From Cyanophora paradoxa CCMP329 (Eukaryota > Plantae > Glaucophyta), in assembly GCA_004431415.1 (NCBI GenBank), contig QPMI01000058.1, positions 310,001-374,000 on the forward strand: a DNA stretch of 64,000 nucleotides, given 5' to 3'. Below the pieces are notes generated by a model that worked only from the letters and a program-made list of their open reading frames with translations, was not told the origin of the DNA and did not search any database. This document shows, piece by piece, positions 26,052-36,338 of this stretch. A program made the position numbers and the translations under genes. Position 1 is the first letter of the stretch. Each line of letters begins with the position of its first letter.

Positions 26052-26245
26052 ATGAGGTGGTGGGAGCATCCAGATATCAGAGACCTTCCCAACAAGTTCG
26101 AATGCAGGTGTCCACCCGCAGAGAATCTGTCCGGGCTCTGCGGCAATAACTTCCTGTGCAAGACTCTGTTTCCTAACATTCGCATCGACATGCCCAGCAA
26201 CGCAGCAGCGGCATCGTCATCGCAATCGAGCAACCAACAGCAGTC
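26052..26245 (+). pseudogene. 5' fragment of host integrase gene copy 3, interrupted by element B
   Basis: MRWWEHPD...SSNQQQS, then an abrupt switch to the A7-TGAGATAG TIR. Confidence 0.85.
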
Positions 26246-26786
26246 AAAAAAATGAGATAGTGGGGGTTCCAGCCCACCCACCTCTTTCTCACCCTCACTC
26301 CTCCAAACCACCCCAACCCACACACTCCAACGCCTTCCAACACACATTCTCTTCCATCCCTTCGTTACGTCTACCACCACAACCTCTCCAAACCAACCAT
26401 CCAGCAACCGCTAGGTAGTATCTAACGTCTAGTCCGATCGATTTTGCAAAAGATATAGCAGTGATTTTAGGCGGACCCCCAAAGCGCCGGTCTCAGAATA
26501 ATCTTCAGATACAGCTAGACGTTAATTTTGTGTACTTTGAATCTAACAGAGAAAACATGTTTAGCTCAATTCTAGACGATATTAATGAGTACAATGAAGC
26601 TAACAGAGGAAACACGTTTAGCTCAATTCTAGACGTTAGTTGTGTGTATTTCGAATCTAAAAAACAAAGAGGTTTCAAGGGTTAAGCTACACGTAATTAC
26701 TATATCATCGGAATCTAATTACATACTCGAGTTCAGGTTCTAGCTAGACGCTAATTATTCCCACCGATGACGTAGTCCAAGTTTAG
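26246..26786 (+). repeat. Left TIR of element B (541 bp)
   Basis: Reverse complement of 36307..36806 apart from 41 extra bp (26657..26697). Confidence 0.95.
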
Positions 26787-26800
26787 GTTCAGGTTATAAC
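26515..26800 (+). repeat. ~57-bp iteron array in the B TIR (about 5 degenerate units)
   Basis: CTAGACG/CTACACG unit starts at 26515, 26572, 26629, 26687 and 26744. Confidence 0.8.
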
Positions 26801-26887
26801 TATGTCTTAGAGGTTTCAGCAACAATATAAAATGATATAAGAGATCGCGCTGATCAACCGAAATTTATTTCTAGCGACACTTTCAAA

Positions 26888-29800
26888 ATGAATCAATTTG
26901 CTCGTCGTCGTCAGATAGCGTTATTAAAACAACAGATCGTAGGTCTAGCACAAACTTTGTATGAGCGTAGACGTATTCATGGACTATATCGAAACAAATT
27001 ACTCCGAATCTCATCACCAGGATCTCGAACTCGACTTGTGACGCTGCAACGAACTGTTGATGTGCTTTCAATGCTCGCTGCTGTAGTCGGACAAACGAGA
27101 CGTGCCTCAGAGCGAACTGTGCAGATAATCATCGCTGAGAACCAAGCTGAACTGGTAGCACTTTTCAATGAACTCCCTGGACAGCCAAATGAGGAACTTG
27201 CTGGAGATGGTTCACGCGAGACGGCACTAGATGGAATATACGCACTCGAAAGCGCTGCAATCATCAGGCCGAACAACCTAAGAGTAACATCATTAGCATC
27301 GTACCTGACGAACACACCAGAATTCAAGGCAAAATTCGAGCGATTCATAGCCGAACGTTTGAATTCAGCGAATGAATCTCGAATGGGGCTGTCAATCAAG
27401 GTATATGCAAAAGGAATTTTTAAGCATAGGCAAAATGGTACAGAAGGATTTACTAACAGATACAAAACAGATGAAATCAGTGAAGATCAATTCTACCGTA
27501 TCCTCCCCGGTGCAAACATTGAAGTGGAGCTGCGTGACAGATGTGTTGAGATTGATGGAAGAGCTGAACAGGAGAATGATTCTTGGGAATTAGAAACGTG
27601 GACGTATTTTTACATACAAAGTCTAGAACATGTCCGCGCCGTTGGTGGAGCATCATTTGAACTTCCAACATGGATTAGCAAGAAGAACGCAGTCATAAAC
27701 GTGGAGGCACCAGATAATATGTGTTTTACGTATTCAGTTTTATCCGCAAAGTTCCCAGTCGATCGGCATGCTCAACGTGCTGCCAAGTACAGACAGCACC
27801 TAAGTACGATCGACACATCAATGCTCAGTTATCCTGTCCCGCTTGATTCAAAGATATTCCGTCGGTTTGAAGAGGCAAACAATCTGAATTTATGTGTGTA
27901 TGTGGCTGATAATGAAAAGCAAGACATCACTCCATATTATATCTCAGCGGCCCGCGAAGCTATTCCTCTGCTATACGTGACTGGTGAAGGTAGCTATGGC
28001 CATTTCGTTTGGATCAAGAACGTGAGCCGAATGTTTGCACGTCCTGGAATTGACAAGAACGCACGCAGCTATTGTCTCGCTTGTCAAAAAGGATTTCGCG
28101 GTGATGATTATCTTCAGAAACACATCGACGAAGACAGATGCCTCGAACGGGATGAGCATGGCCGAGATGTGTTACCAAAACCCGACCGTGCAACATTGAA
28201 ATTTCTGAATCATTCGAATACGATAACGGCACGATATGTTGGAGCCTATGATTTTGAAACACTTGCAATGTCTACGAACTCTGTGAAAAATGGAAAGACT
28301 AAGGAGATTGCTTGTCAAATACCAGCTGCTGTTGGATGTTTGATCACAGGCAATGATGATACAAAATATTGGCACGTAAATAGCGGTCGCAGATGTGAGG
28401 AGAGGTTTGTTGAATGGCTAGATTCAATGGAACCAACTTTTAAGAAAGGGCTAAATGCATCGGTACCATCGATAAAAACAGATGTTGCAAAGCAAACGTT
28501 TGATTCAGCTACTAGTTGCTATATCTGTAACGTTGAATTCAGTGAGAAGATTAAAAAGGTCTGGGATCATGATCATGACACTGGTGAATTCAAAGGAGCT
28601 GCTTGCTGTGGTTGCAACCGTAGAAGGTTCAAATCAAATCGCGTTTTCTTGATTGCTCATAACGCTCGTGGATTCGATTCACATTTGCTGATTCGCGCGA
28701 TTGCCCGTGGAAGTGTTCGTAGACAGGCCGCACACATTGAATTTAAGAAAAAGTTGAATGAAAAACTTGAAGCAACCCGAGCACGTCTTGAGAAGACATA
28801 TCAAACTCAAAGCGTGAGGGAATGGACGATGAACAAACTGAGCATAACTGCTGAGGAGTATGAGAAGCGAGTTCCAGGATTTATCAAGAACCAGCTTGTA
28901 AAAGAAAAAATCAAGATCGAGAGATCTGAGGCTCCACTGTCGAATCGATTCGAAGTGATGTTTCAAAACTCAGAGAAAATGAGTCAAATCGAATACGGCA
29001 TTTACGTATTTCGCGATAGCATGCAACATCTATCAGCAACGCTCGAAAAGCTAGCGGCATCGCTTCCAGATGAACTGAAAAAGCAAACACGCGAACTATG
29101 TCCCGATGCGGAAACATTTAATCTGATGACACGCAAGGGAATCTATCCCTACAGCTACGTAAATTCCTGGCAGCGGCTTGCAGACCGTAAGCTACCGTCG
29201 ATAGAGGCGTTTCACAATGATTTGAAAAACGAAAAGTGCAAGCCTGAAGATTATGAGCACGCACAGAAGGTTTGGAAAAAGCTGAAATGTAAAACATTGT
29301 TAGATTACACGATTGCTTATATGAAGCTGGATATAACGTTACTAGCAGACGTGTTTCAAGCATATCGGGAAACATCTCGCGCTACAGATGGAATAGATCC
29401 TGCATATTACATGTCACTACCAGGCTTTAGTTGGGATGCTGCTCTAAAATATACAGGTGGGCAATTACAGCTGTTGCATGAGGGTCAAGAGGATATGTTC
29501 AGATTCTTCGAGACAGGTATTCGTGGTGGTATTTCAATGGTGTCAAATCGATATGCAAAAGCGAACAATAAGGACATGGTTGATTATGATCCATCCAAAC
29601 CATCAGTATATCTGTACTATATAGATGCAAATTCGTTGTATGGATATGCGATGTTAGAGAAACATCCGATTGGAGATTTTAAATGGGTTGATCCAGAAAC
29701 CTTTGACCATGATGGTTTCGATTATGACGGTGATATAGGAGCAACGCTTGAAATTGATGCTTACATTCCAGATGAGCTTCACGAGAAATTTAATGATTAC

Positions 29801-30931
29801 CCGATTGCGCCAGTATCAATGATTGTAGATCCAACGATGCTATCTAGATCACAACAGGATATGATTAAAAAGGATTGCATTCAGATGAAGACGCGAAAGC
29901 TTATTCCAAGTCTGCTTCCATTGAAGAAATATGTTGTTGATGGGAGACTACTCAAATTTTACAGAAGTCAAGGTTTTGTGGTGAGTAAAATTCATCGTGT
30001 TATTACGTACAAGCAGACTGCTTGGATGAAACCGTATGTGGAAAAAAATGCCGAAATGCGTCAGGCCGCAACCTTTGATCATGTGCGAGATCTATTCAAA
30101 CTCAAGACTAATGCATTATACGGCAAAAATATGGAAAACGTGAGAAAGCATTGCGATGCGGAGCTTGTGACTGATGGGGATCGTCTGTCAAAAATCGCCG
30201 CACAACCAAATTTATTGAAGCAAATTGTCAAATATGATGAGGATCTTGTATTTATCTCTAAGCGGCGTTCACAAGTCAAATTAAACAAACCGATATACAG
30301 TGGATTCAGTGTTTTGGAAATGTCAAAACTACACATGTTTAAAATGTATTACGAGCAACTAAAACCGCTCTGGGGTCCGCGTGTTAAATTGCTTGCAACG
30401 GATACTGACTCGCTAATCCTTAGAATTGAGACAGATGATTTGTACGCTGAGCTGAAAAATATAAGTCATATTCTAGACGTTAGCAAATACCCAGATACAC
30501 ACAGGTTTTTTGCTGGAATGTCGGAGGAAGAAATCGCTACCATGAAGAAAAAATCGACAGCCCTTGGCAATTTCAAAGATGAGTGCAATGGCAAGCAAAT
30601 GGTGGAATTCATCGCAAACCGGCCTAAGAGTTATTGGTATGAGATTGACAGTGGTAAGCAAGAGAGACGTTGCAAGGGAATTTCTAAAAGTTTTGCCGAC
30701 CAGCTTACACGTGAAAGATATATTGATTGTGTACTTGGTAAAGATGTAGATGGACAGAAAAAATACTTATCATGCGAAGTGAATGGAATTCGAGGGATGC
30801 GCTCAAAGAAACATCGGGTTTACGTGCAAGAAACTTCAAAGCAAGCACTACACCCGTTAGACACAAAACGTTGGCTATGTGATGATGGCGTTGAAACTTT
30901 GGCTCTGGGTCACAGGCGCACACGTATTTGA
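26888..30931 (+). CDS. polB: Protein-primed family B DNA polymerase (Polinton type, 1347 aa)
   Basis: Exo I YDFET, Exo II HNARGFD, Exo III YMKLD; motifs YIDANSLYG, KTNALYGK, TDTDS; inserted endonuclease-VII-like Zn domain CYIC...DHDHDTG...CCGCN; N-terminal C...H pair (NMCF...GHFVWIKN). Confidence 0.95.
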   Translation: MNQFARRRQIALLKQQIVGLAQTLYERRRIHGLYRNKLLRISSPGSRTRLVTLQRTVDVLSMLAAVVGQTRRASERTVQIIIAENQAELVALFNELPGQPNEELAGDGSRETALDGIYALESAAIIRPNNLRVTSLASYLTNTPEFKAKFERFIAERLNSANESRMGLSIKVYAKGIFKHRQNGTEGFTNRYKTDEISEDQFYRILPGANIEVELRDRCVEIDGRAEQENDSWELETWTYFYIQSLEHVRAVGGASFELPTWISKKNAVINVEAPDNMCFTYSVLSAKFPVDRHAQRAAKYRQHLSTIDTSMLSYPVPLDSKIFRRFEEANNLNLCVYVADNEKQDITPYYISAAREAIPLLYVTGEGSYGHFVWIKNVSRMFARPGIDKNARSYCLACQKGFRGDDYLQKHIDEDRCLERDEHGRDVLPKPDRATLKFLNHSNTITARYVGAYDFETLAMSTNSVKNGKTKEIACQIPAAVGCLITGNDDTKYWHVNSGRRCEERFVEWLDSMEPTFKKGLNASVPSIKTDVAKQTFDSATSCYICNVEFSEKIKKVWDHDHDTGEFKGAACCGCNRRRFKSNRVFLIAHNARGFDSHLLIRAIARGSVRRQAAHIEFKKKLNEKLEATRARLEKTYQTQSVREWTMNKLSITAEEYEKRVPGFIKNQLVKEKIKIERSEAPLSNRFEVMFQNSEKMSQIEYGIYVFRDSMQHLSATLEKLAASLPDELKKQTRELCPDAETFNLMTRKGIYPYSYVNSWQRLADRKLPSIEAFHNDLKNEKCKPEDYEHAQKVWKKLKCKTLLDYTIAYMKLDITLLADVFQAYRETSRATDGIDPAYYMSLPGFSWDAALKYTGGQLQLLHEGQEDMFRFFETGIRGGISMVSNRYAKANNKDMVDYDPSKPSVYLYYIDANSLYGYAMLEKHPIGDFKWVDPETFDHDGFDYDGDIGATLEIDAYIPDELHEKFNDYPIAPVSMIVDPTMLSRSQQDMIKKDCIQMKTRKLIPSLLPLKKYVVDGRLLKFYRSQGFVVSKIHRVITYKQTAWMKPYVEKNAEMRQAATFDHVRDLFKLKTNALYGKNMENVRKHCDAELVTDGDRLSKIAAQPNLLKQIVKYDEDLVFISKRRSQVKLNKPIYSGFSVLEMSKLHMFKMYYEQLKPLWGPRVKLLATDTDSLILRIETDDLYAELKNISHILDVSKYPDTHRFFAGMSEEEIATMKKKSTALGNFKDECNGKQMVEFIANRPKSYWYEIDSGKQERRCKGISKSFADQLTRERYIDCVLGKDVDGQKKYLSCEVNGIRGMRSKKHRVYVQETSKQALHPLDTKRWLCDDGVETLALGHRRTRI

Positions 30932-30957
30932 AAAAAGAAGCTGCGACCCTCCAACCA

Positions 30958-31248
30958 CTAGGCCGCTGAAACTACCTCAACCGATTGAGCACCAAACTTA
31001 TCCATTAGAGTTAGAAGCAACTGTCTTTGCCGACGTCGATAGTTACGGCACTGCTCCCGTTTTCGGTCAATATTTCTTTCCTGATACTCATACGTCGCTT
31101 GGAGCTTGCGCTTACGAAATTCCTCATCTGAATGATAACGAGCTTTTACCGCTGCTGATCGTTTCTTCTTCATCTCTTCTATTACTTCCGGAGACTTAGA
31201 CTTTGGAGGACGACCACGCTTGCGCGCCAAACAGTTTTCAACCTCCAT
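30958..31248 (-). CDS. Small basic AT-hook protein
   Basis: RKRGRPPK motif followed by a basic helix; homologue at 41958..42275. Confidence 0.7.
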   Translation of the reverse strand: MEVENCLARKRGRPPKSKSPEVIEEMKKKRSAAVKARYHSDEEFRKRKLQATYEYQERNIDRKREQCRNYRRRQRQLLLTLMDKFGAQSVEVVSAA

Positions 31249-31346
31249 TACAATATCACTTTATTATTAATCACAATCACAATCTTTTTAAGGCATATTC
31301 ACGCGATATCCACCAAAAAACTTTTATGTGTGTGACAATTAGAAGA

Positions 31347-32282
31347 ATGTACACGATAACAGCACCACCTGGAGCTTGGCAAATTGATGTATTGTTTATT
31401 GGGAGGTATCGCCTGTTTGCAGCGGTCGAAATTGCAACCCGCTTTGCTGTGGTCCGTAAGCTCGAGACTTTTAAGCAGCTTCCAAAAATGATCGAGCAGC
31501 TACCTGGAATATGGGGATTTTCAGGTGACAACGGTTTTAACACAGCAGCAATTCGGGCAATGGCCGAGGATAACTCGTTGAAAATGCATACTGATGTTGC
31601 CAAAGATGACCACATTTCTAAAGGTAACAAACTTGGAATTATCGACAGGTTCGCTAGGACATTGCGAGCATTGATCCAGGCCGACACAGAGGCACGCGGC
31701 TCCCCGCATTTCCTCTCCCGCTTGCCTGCGATTTTGAAGGCGTACAATGAAACAGCACACAGTGCATTTGGTGAAGAGCGATCACCAACGTGGATGCGTG
31801 AAAATACACAGGTAGCCGAACAGCTACATCAAGTTCGTCAGCGACAGAATGATATTGAACGAGAGAACACAAATATGCCTAAACCTGGTACGGAGGTGCA
31901 GATCCTTGAACCTAAGCCAAGCGTGTTCGCAAAGGGTCTGGCGAAACCAAGCAAAGAGACCTACGTTGTTGCTGGCGTTGATAAGAACCGTGTTAGGTTA
32001 ATTACAAAGCAAGGTGTGGAAATTTCTAGACGTGTGAAACCATCCGAGATTCGTGCGCCACAAGAACTACCTGACCAGTCTAAGATTGAAAGAGCGACTG
32101 CTAGATCGAAGCAAGATCGTCAGCTTCGGAGAGAGGGTCTCGTTGAAACGAAAACGTATGCGGGTCAAAACCTGAAGGATCGTGAGCTAAAAAAACTCGA
32201 AATTGCTGCTGAACCATTGCTCAGAGCAGGCGCCAAACCCGCTGGATATTACGCAAAGAGAATTCAAGGTAGAAGCGCGTGA
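31347..32282 (+). CDS. rve integrase (no N-terminal HHCC domain)
   Basis: WQIDVLF, SGDNGF, KLGIIDRFARTLR, YNETAHSA. Start chosen by alignment with 41070..41999. Confidence 0.9.
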   Translation: MYTITAPPGAWQIDVLFIGRYRLFAAVEIATRFAVVRKLETFKQLPKMIEQLPGIWGFSGDNGFNTAAIRAMAEDNSLKMHTDVAKDDHISKGNKLGIIDRFARTLRALIQADTEARGSPHFLSRLPAILKAYNETAHSAFGEERSPTWMRENTQVAEQLHQVRQRQNDIERENTNMPKPGTEVQILEPKPSVFAKGLAKPSKETYVVAGVDKNRVRLITKQGVEISRRVKPSEIRAPQELPDQSKIERATARSKQDRQLRREGLVETKTYAGQNLKDRELKKLEIAAEPLLRAGAKPAGYYAKRIQGRSA

Positions 32283-32331
32283 ATATGCCTTAAATATATT
32301 GCAATCTGTAGATGTAACGAAAAAGTCAGAG

Positions 32332-32580
32332 ATGACCGATATCAACCTTCCGATATACGTTGCCTTTGCAATCCAGCAACACATTGAGTATCTTCTACTG
32401 AAACATTGCCGGAGGAGAATCCACCGACCCACCAACCACTATGTCCGTGTTTCCCTTGACAAACGAACCGATAAATGGAAAGCAGAAACCAAAATCAATG
32501 GTTGCAAGAAGATAATCGGTTATTATGATTCATTCGAAGATGCTTATAAAGATCAAACATCGAAATCACGGTTTAATTGA
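32332..32580 (+). CDS. Small AP2-like DNA-binding protein
   Basis: YVRVSLDKRTDKWKAETKINGCKKIIGYYDSFEDAYK fits the AP2/ERF pattern Y.GV...kW.A.I...g....lG.f...eeA. Confidence 0.6.
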   Translation: MTDINLPIYVAFAIQQHIEYLLLKHCRRRIHRPTNHYVRVSLDKRTDKWKAETKINGCKKIIGYYDSFEDAYKDQTSKSRFN

Positions 32581-32597
32581 ATGGAATAACACCCGTG

Positions 32598-32664
32598 GGC
32601 GCAGCCAAGGCAGTGCGGAGCTAAGAAGGCTCCTTGCCTTTGGCTTGTCTGCCGACTATTTTTT
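32598..32664 (+). promoter_or_regulatory. Conserved structured intergenic element (GGAGC-N7-GCTCC stem, TTGGCTTGTCTGCCGAC, T-run)
   Basis: Homologous inverted copy at 47336..47393; core copies at 35688, 47405 (minus strand) and 55641. Confidence 0.6.
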
Positions 32665-32665
32665 G

Positions 32666-33043
32666 ATGGATATTGAAGAAGATTTGAATCTAGAAGACTG
32701 CTGGCCAGGCAGGAGTCAGCTTTCACCAAGTCATTGCATCAGCTTTGGCATTTACAAAGGAGCCTCCTATTTGTGGATCGCATCAGCACGTCCAGAATAT
32801 ACAGCTTGGTTGCTTAGACAGGATTGGTTACCGGCTTTTGATCGCGCCGCTTTCTTGCGTGCACAAAGCGCAATAGAGCCGAAAAATCTCCAGAAGATTT
32901 ATCAACAGAGTAGACGCGGTCCGCGCTCACGGCTTCAAATATCAAAACCTGATAGCTGTGACCCCATTCAAGGAAAAGACGCGTTAAAACTGCTCGATTC
33001 GCTCCGGCGTTGTATTCGGCAAAGACGCAATCGAACTCTTTGA
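32666..33043 (+). CDS. Small FGKYKG-motif protein (DUF3820/ExoX C-terminal-like)
   Basis: ISFGIYKG...PEYTAWLL; homologue at 42377..42637. The 3' end overlaps the ATPase. Confidence 0.55.
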   Translation: MDIEEDLNLEDCWPGRSQLSPSHCISFGIYKGASYLWIASARPEYTAWLLRQDWLPAFDRAAFLRAQSAIEPKNLQKIYQQSRRGPRSRLQISKPDSCDPIQGKDALKLLDSLRRCIRQRRNRTL

Positions 33044-33518
33044 TATTCGAGAGAATCGACGAAAAGCACACATATTCGCAATTCCTTCGTATCGTTGGAC
33101 TGATGCCACAAAGGCGTTGAGTCGTTATGAAAAGGGTGGTGTTATAATGACGGCCAGAAGTAAATAGCTTTTGCATTAATCGATCGCTGTGGACGTTTAC
33201 TAGGTCATTATCGAGCAAATCATCTAGAACGATTGCAATCTTGCGCTCATCTTTCTTGCGTCGTCTTTCTTTTTGACGCTCTAGAAGACTCTCAACCGAA
33301 ACCGGATCCCATTCTTCGTAAATATTGCTCTTGCGAGTCGTATCATCCCACTGTCCAGTAAATGCTGTTGTACTAAAGACGTAAATATCGTCTAGTTGAT
33401 TTGATACTGCATTTAATACGTGTTTTACGTAGGTGCTTTTGCCCGAGTTGGTGGGGCCGACAAACAAGAACCGTTTAGGAAGTTTTATTTCCGTCGGATC
33501 AAACAATTTAATATCCAT
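32814..33518 (-). CDS. A32/FtsK-HerA-type packaging ATPase
   Basis: Walker A GPTNSGKS, Walker B IVLDD, SGRHYN, TTQ...IRRN. Confidence 0.93.
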   Translation of the reverse strand: MDIKLFDPTEIKLPKRFLFVGPTNSGKSTYVKHVLNAVSNQLDDIYVFSTTAFTGQWDDTTRKSNIYEEWDPVSVESLLERQKERRRKKDERKIAIVLDDLLDNDLVNVHSDRLMQKLFTSGRHYNTTLFITTQRLCGISPTIRRNCEYVCFSSILSNIKEFDCVFAEYNAGANRAVLTRLFLEWGHSYQVLIFEAVSADRVYSVDKSSGDFSALLRFVHARKRRDQKPVTNPV

Positions 33519-34748
33519 CTAGAAGTTACTTACTTTTAGAGTAGACATTTGATATGAATTTATGACTAGAACATTGTGCCGTAGGACATGGAAATCAACG
33601 ACAGCTGGTGCGGTGTTTGTACAACCTGTAACTGTGAGGGAGCAATAGCTGCTACTGGAATTGAAGAAATCGGTATAACCAAGAACAGCGTTATGTAGCG
33701 AATCCTTTCCAGATTTCGAAAGCACAATTCCATAGACGTTTCCATCCTCGAAACCTAGGGCTGAATTACCAGTGGTTGCGCCGCGGTATTGTGTTGGGAT
33801 GTGGTAGCAGCTTGAAACGAACCCAGAGATTGGCTTATTGCTGATGTCGAGAGTTCGGTTGTTGTGCATGATCTCAAATGAATCGATTTTAAGCGCATTT
33901 CCGTTGCCAGCAAATGAATTGTGATTGTGAGTGCCCAGGTGATTCGCATTACGCACTGTCATCAGGATCGCGTGCACAAGGCCGCTGACGTTGGCAAGGG
34001 ATATTTCTACTGCATTACCCGCATCGTCAGTCTTTAACTGCCTCGAGCGCTTTGAAATAATCTCGGTAAAGGGAATACGAATACCACCGCTCTCGTTTGC
34101 CGATTTAAGCATAGACTCAGCCTCTTCGCTAGGGATGTTCACGAACTGGCAGACAAGCGCACAATCCGTTAGAGTTGCAACAGCACTAGCGACGGTTCCA
34201 ACCACAACAGCCGAACGGAAGTCGATTTCGACGGTGGGCATGTCAGCCAATGCTAGCAGAGGAAAGTAGGAATTGTCCCAGAGTTGGGAGGGGATCTTCA
34301 GTACATACTCACGGCTAGCATCGAGAATCTCTAGAGCAGCGTCTTTTCCAAATCCGTAGCTGCTAGCAAAAGCTTGGGCAGATGCAACGCTATTATCGAT
34401 TAGCGCGTTCACAGTTAACCAATCTCCAGGAATCACCATCTTGAAGGATCCATGAACAAAGCGTACGTTTTCAATAAATGCACCAGCTCCATTGGGTAGT
34501 ACCGAGGCGGCAGCTCCGCCAGCAACACTGACCTTAAAGTATAGCGATACACCATTTAGAAGTTGCTTGCGCGGAATGTCGAAAGCGGCAGTTTGTGCGA
34601 ATCCATACGAGTTGCCTCGCGGACGGATCGTTTCAAGGAAAGGCTTGAACTTGGGGCTGACACCGACAGTGAGACCCGGGGATAGATAAAGCTCGCTTGA
34701 ACCTTTGGTAGTGAGGAGCTCCTTTAGAGTTGTTCCTGCTTGCGCCAT
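33519..34748 (-). CDS. Major capsid protein (409 aa, probable double jelly-roll)
   Basis: Intact beta-rich ORF between ATPase and penton; the most conserved gene between A and B; FDIPR..LL.GVSLYF N-terminal strands. Confidence 0.8.
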   Translation of the reverse strand: MAQAGTTLKELLTTKGSSELYLSPGLTVGVSPKFKPFLETIRPRGNSYGFAQTAAFDIPRKQLLNGVSLYFKVSVAGGAAASVLPNGAGAFIENVRFVHGSFKMVIPGDWLTVNALIDNSVASAQAFASSYGFGKDAALEILDASREYVLKIPSQLWDNSYFPLLALADMPTVEIDFRSAVVVGTVASAVATLTDCALVCQFVNIPSEEAESMLKSANESGGIRIPFTEIISKRSRQLKTDDAGNAVEISLANVSGLVHAILMTVRNANHLGTHNHNSFAGNGNALKIDSFEIMHNNRTLDISNKPISGFVSSCYHIPTQYRGATTGNSALGFEDGNVYGIVLSKSGKDSLHNAVLGYTDFFNSSSSYCSLTVTGCTNTAPAVVDFHVLRHNVLVINSYQMSTLKVSNF

Positions 34749-34792
34749 TTGATATAATATTACAGAATATTTTCACGTATATTGTTGTAAAG

Positions 34793-35668
34793 ATGAAGCT
34801 ACGCGTAAATGTTGATTCTAGAGACCGGTTCGAAGGCACGTCCTCGAATTTTAAGATTAATCTACCACGGGCGTTAGCAAACGTGAAGTCGGCTAGAATC
34901 GAATCGTTAGAACTTTTTCACAATATGTATAATCTTGCTGCTGATGCTTCAATAACAACCATTACGCTCGATCCGAGTAACGTCATTAAAACTAGATCGA
35001 ACCTATTTCGAGCTGGATCATACACACCAACATCTCTTACGAATTACATGAATGTTCTTTTGAAAACGCAACAATACAGTTATTTAGGTTCTACTTACCA
35101 ACGCAAGTTCTTAACGGTTTTTGATGATGTTTCAATGAAAATCACAATCTTGTGTGAATCGGAGTTTACTCTAACGTTTTCCACTCTTGAACTCGCAAAT
35201 CTGCTCGGCTTCACAAAGGCTGTTACAGAATCTGCAGAACAGCTAGATACTCCAATCACAGTTGATGCTGTTGATTATGCGTTTGCTATCGTTGGCGATA
35301 TACCTGTTGATCTTCTTTATCATACTTATCTCTTCCTACATATCGATCAGATTCGTGGTTCGATTCACACAATAAATAAGTGGACAAACACATCGTTGGC
35401 AAAGATTCATATCGATGCGAAATTTGGAGAGCTAATCAAATATACATCTGATGAACGTGTTCCTGTTTCCGTCGATCATAATTCTGAGTTAGAACAACTT
35501 GATGTGTCAATACGTTATTTTAATGGATTTACTGCAGCTATTAACACTGAATTCTCATTCGTTATCGAGTTCGAAATTGAAGATTCTTCATACACAAAGG
35601 CATCACTTCGCTCGTCAATCAGAAACACAGATAGTGAGTTTCATCCGTTTGATCGCAGTTTTGCTTAA
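34793..35668 (+). CDS. Minor capsid (penton) protein
   Basis: VNVDSRDR...NFKINLP..L.NVKS motif and C-terminal LDVSIRYFNG...FSFVIEFE; homologue of 1871..2773. Confidence 0.75.
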   Translation: MKLRVNVDSRDRFEGTSSNFKINLPRALANVKSARIESLELFHNMYNLAADASITTITLDPSNVIKTRSNLFRAGSYTPTSLTNYMNVLLKTQQYSYLGSTYQRKFLTVFDDVSMKITILCESEFTLTFSTLELANLLGFTKAVTESAEQLDTPITVDAVDYAFAIVGDIPVDLLYHTYLFLHIDQIRGSIHTINKWTNTSLAKIHIDAKFGELIKYTSDERVPVSVDHNSELEQLDVSIRYFNGFTAAINTEFSFVIEFEIEDSSYTKASLRSSIRNTDSEFHPFDRSFA

Positions 35669-35730
35669 TTTCACTTCGCGAATGCGCTTGGCTTGTCTGT
35701 CGACTTTTTTCTGTTCCTTATTTAAAACAA

Positions 35731-36338
35731 ATGCCTTCGGCTTCTAGAAAACTTACAAACTCACCCAATAAAAGAATAATATTGAATTTTTGAGCGGTGA
35801 TACTGAATCTTATCCTTTAGTTCGTCGGACTGCTGGTGGTGAGGGAGCATCTATCGATTTTGCTCTTACTGCTGACGAAAACGCTATTCTAGATAAGATC
35901 CCAAATTCGCGGACAAAGAAAAGCAAAACTAGTAAACTGAAGGATACTGACGATGGTCCGCTGTATGTATCAGAGACTGGTAATCGTAGCAGATATTTCA
36001 TAAAAACAGTGACTGGGTTGAAAACAATTTCAAAGAAGCGTGCTGGTGATCTTATTGCTGGTATAGCGGTTGAGACTAAAATGGAAAACAAGATTTTAAA
36101 CGAACCGATTGTTAAGACCAAAATTGAAAAAAAGCTTTCTCCTCCATCATCTGCTGTTCCTGCTAAGACGATCGTCGCAATCCCCGAGGTGGATGAGAAT
36201 GCTAGCGAATTACCTGTAGCAAACACATCGATCTTGCGCATCGCCTCTAGCAGCGCTGATCCTGTCGGGCCGTCGATCGAATACAAACCAATGTTAAGTG
36301 GATTCACTAAACTTGGACTACGTCATCGGTGGGAATAA
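35731..36338 (+). CDS. Conserved hypothetical protein (homologue of 2806..3570), one frameshift near the 5' end
   Basis: AAACAAATG start at 35731 is out of frame with 35790..36338; shared motifs with the A homologue; the last codons lie inside the TIR. Confidence 0.7.

Larger units (their letters stand above)
9882..26245. repeat. GC-rich tandem array of a host mobile unit (periods 8899 and 7247 bp)
   Basis: GGCGCGGCCCTAGGCACATCAGCAATG recurs at 9882, 18781 and 26028. Copies are nearly identical apart from internal rearrangements. The array resumes at 58938. Confidence 0.95.

Noticed and set aside
26461-26685. Small ORFs in TIRs (26461..26685, 36346..36591, 58004..58741)
   Set aside because: Non-ATG starts or products of repeat structure; duplicated only because the TIR is duplicated.
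26515-26800. TIR iterons as a repeat-spacer (CRISPR-like) array
   Set aside because: Units are homologous along their whole length and degrade gradually; there are no unique spacers.
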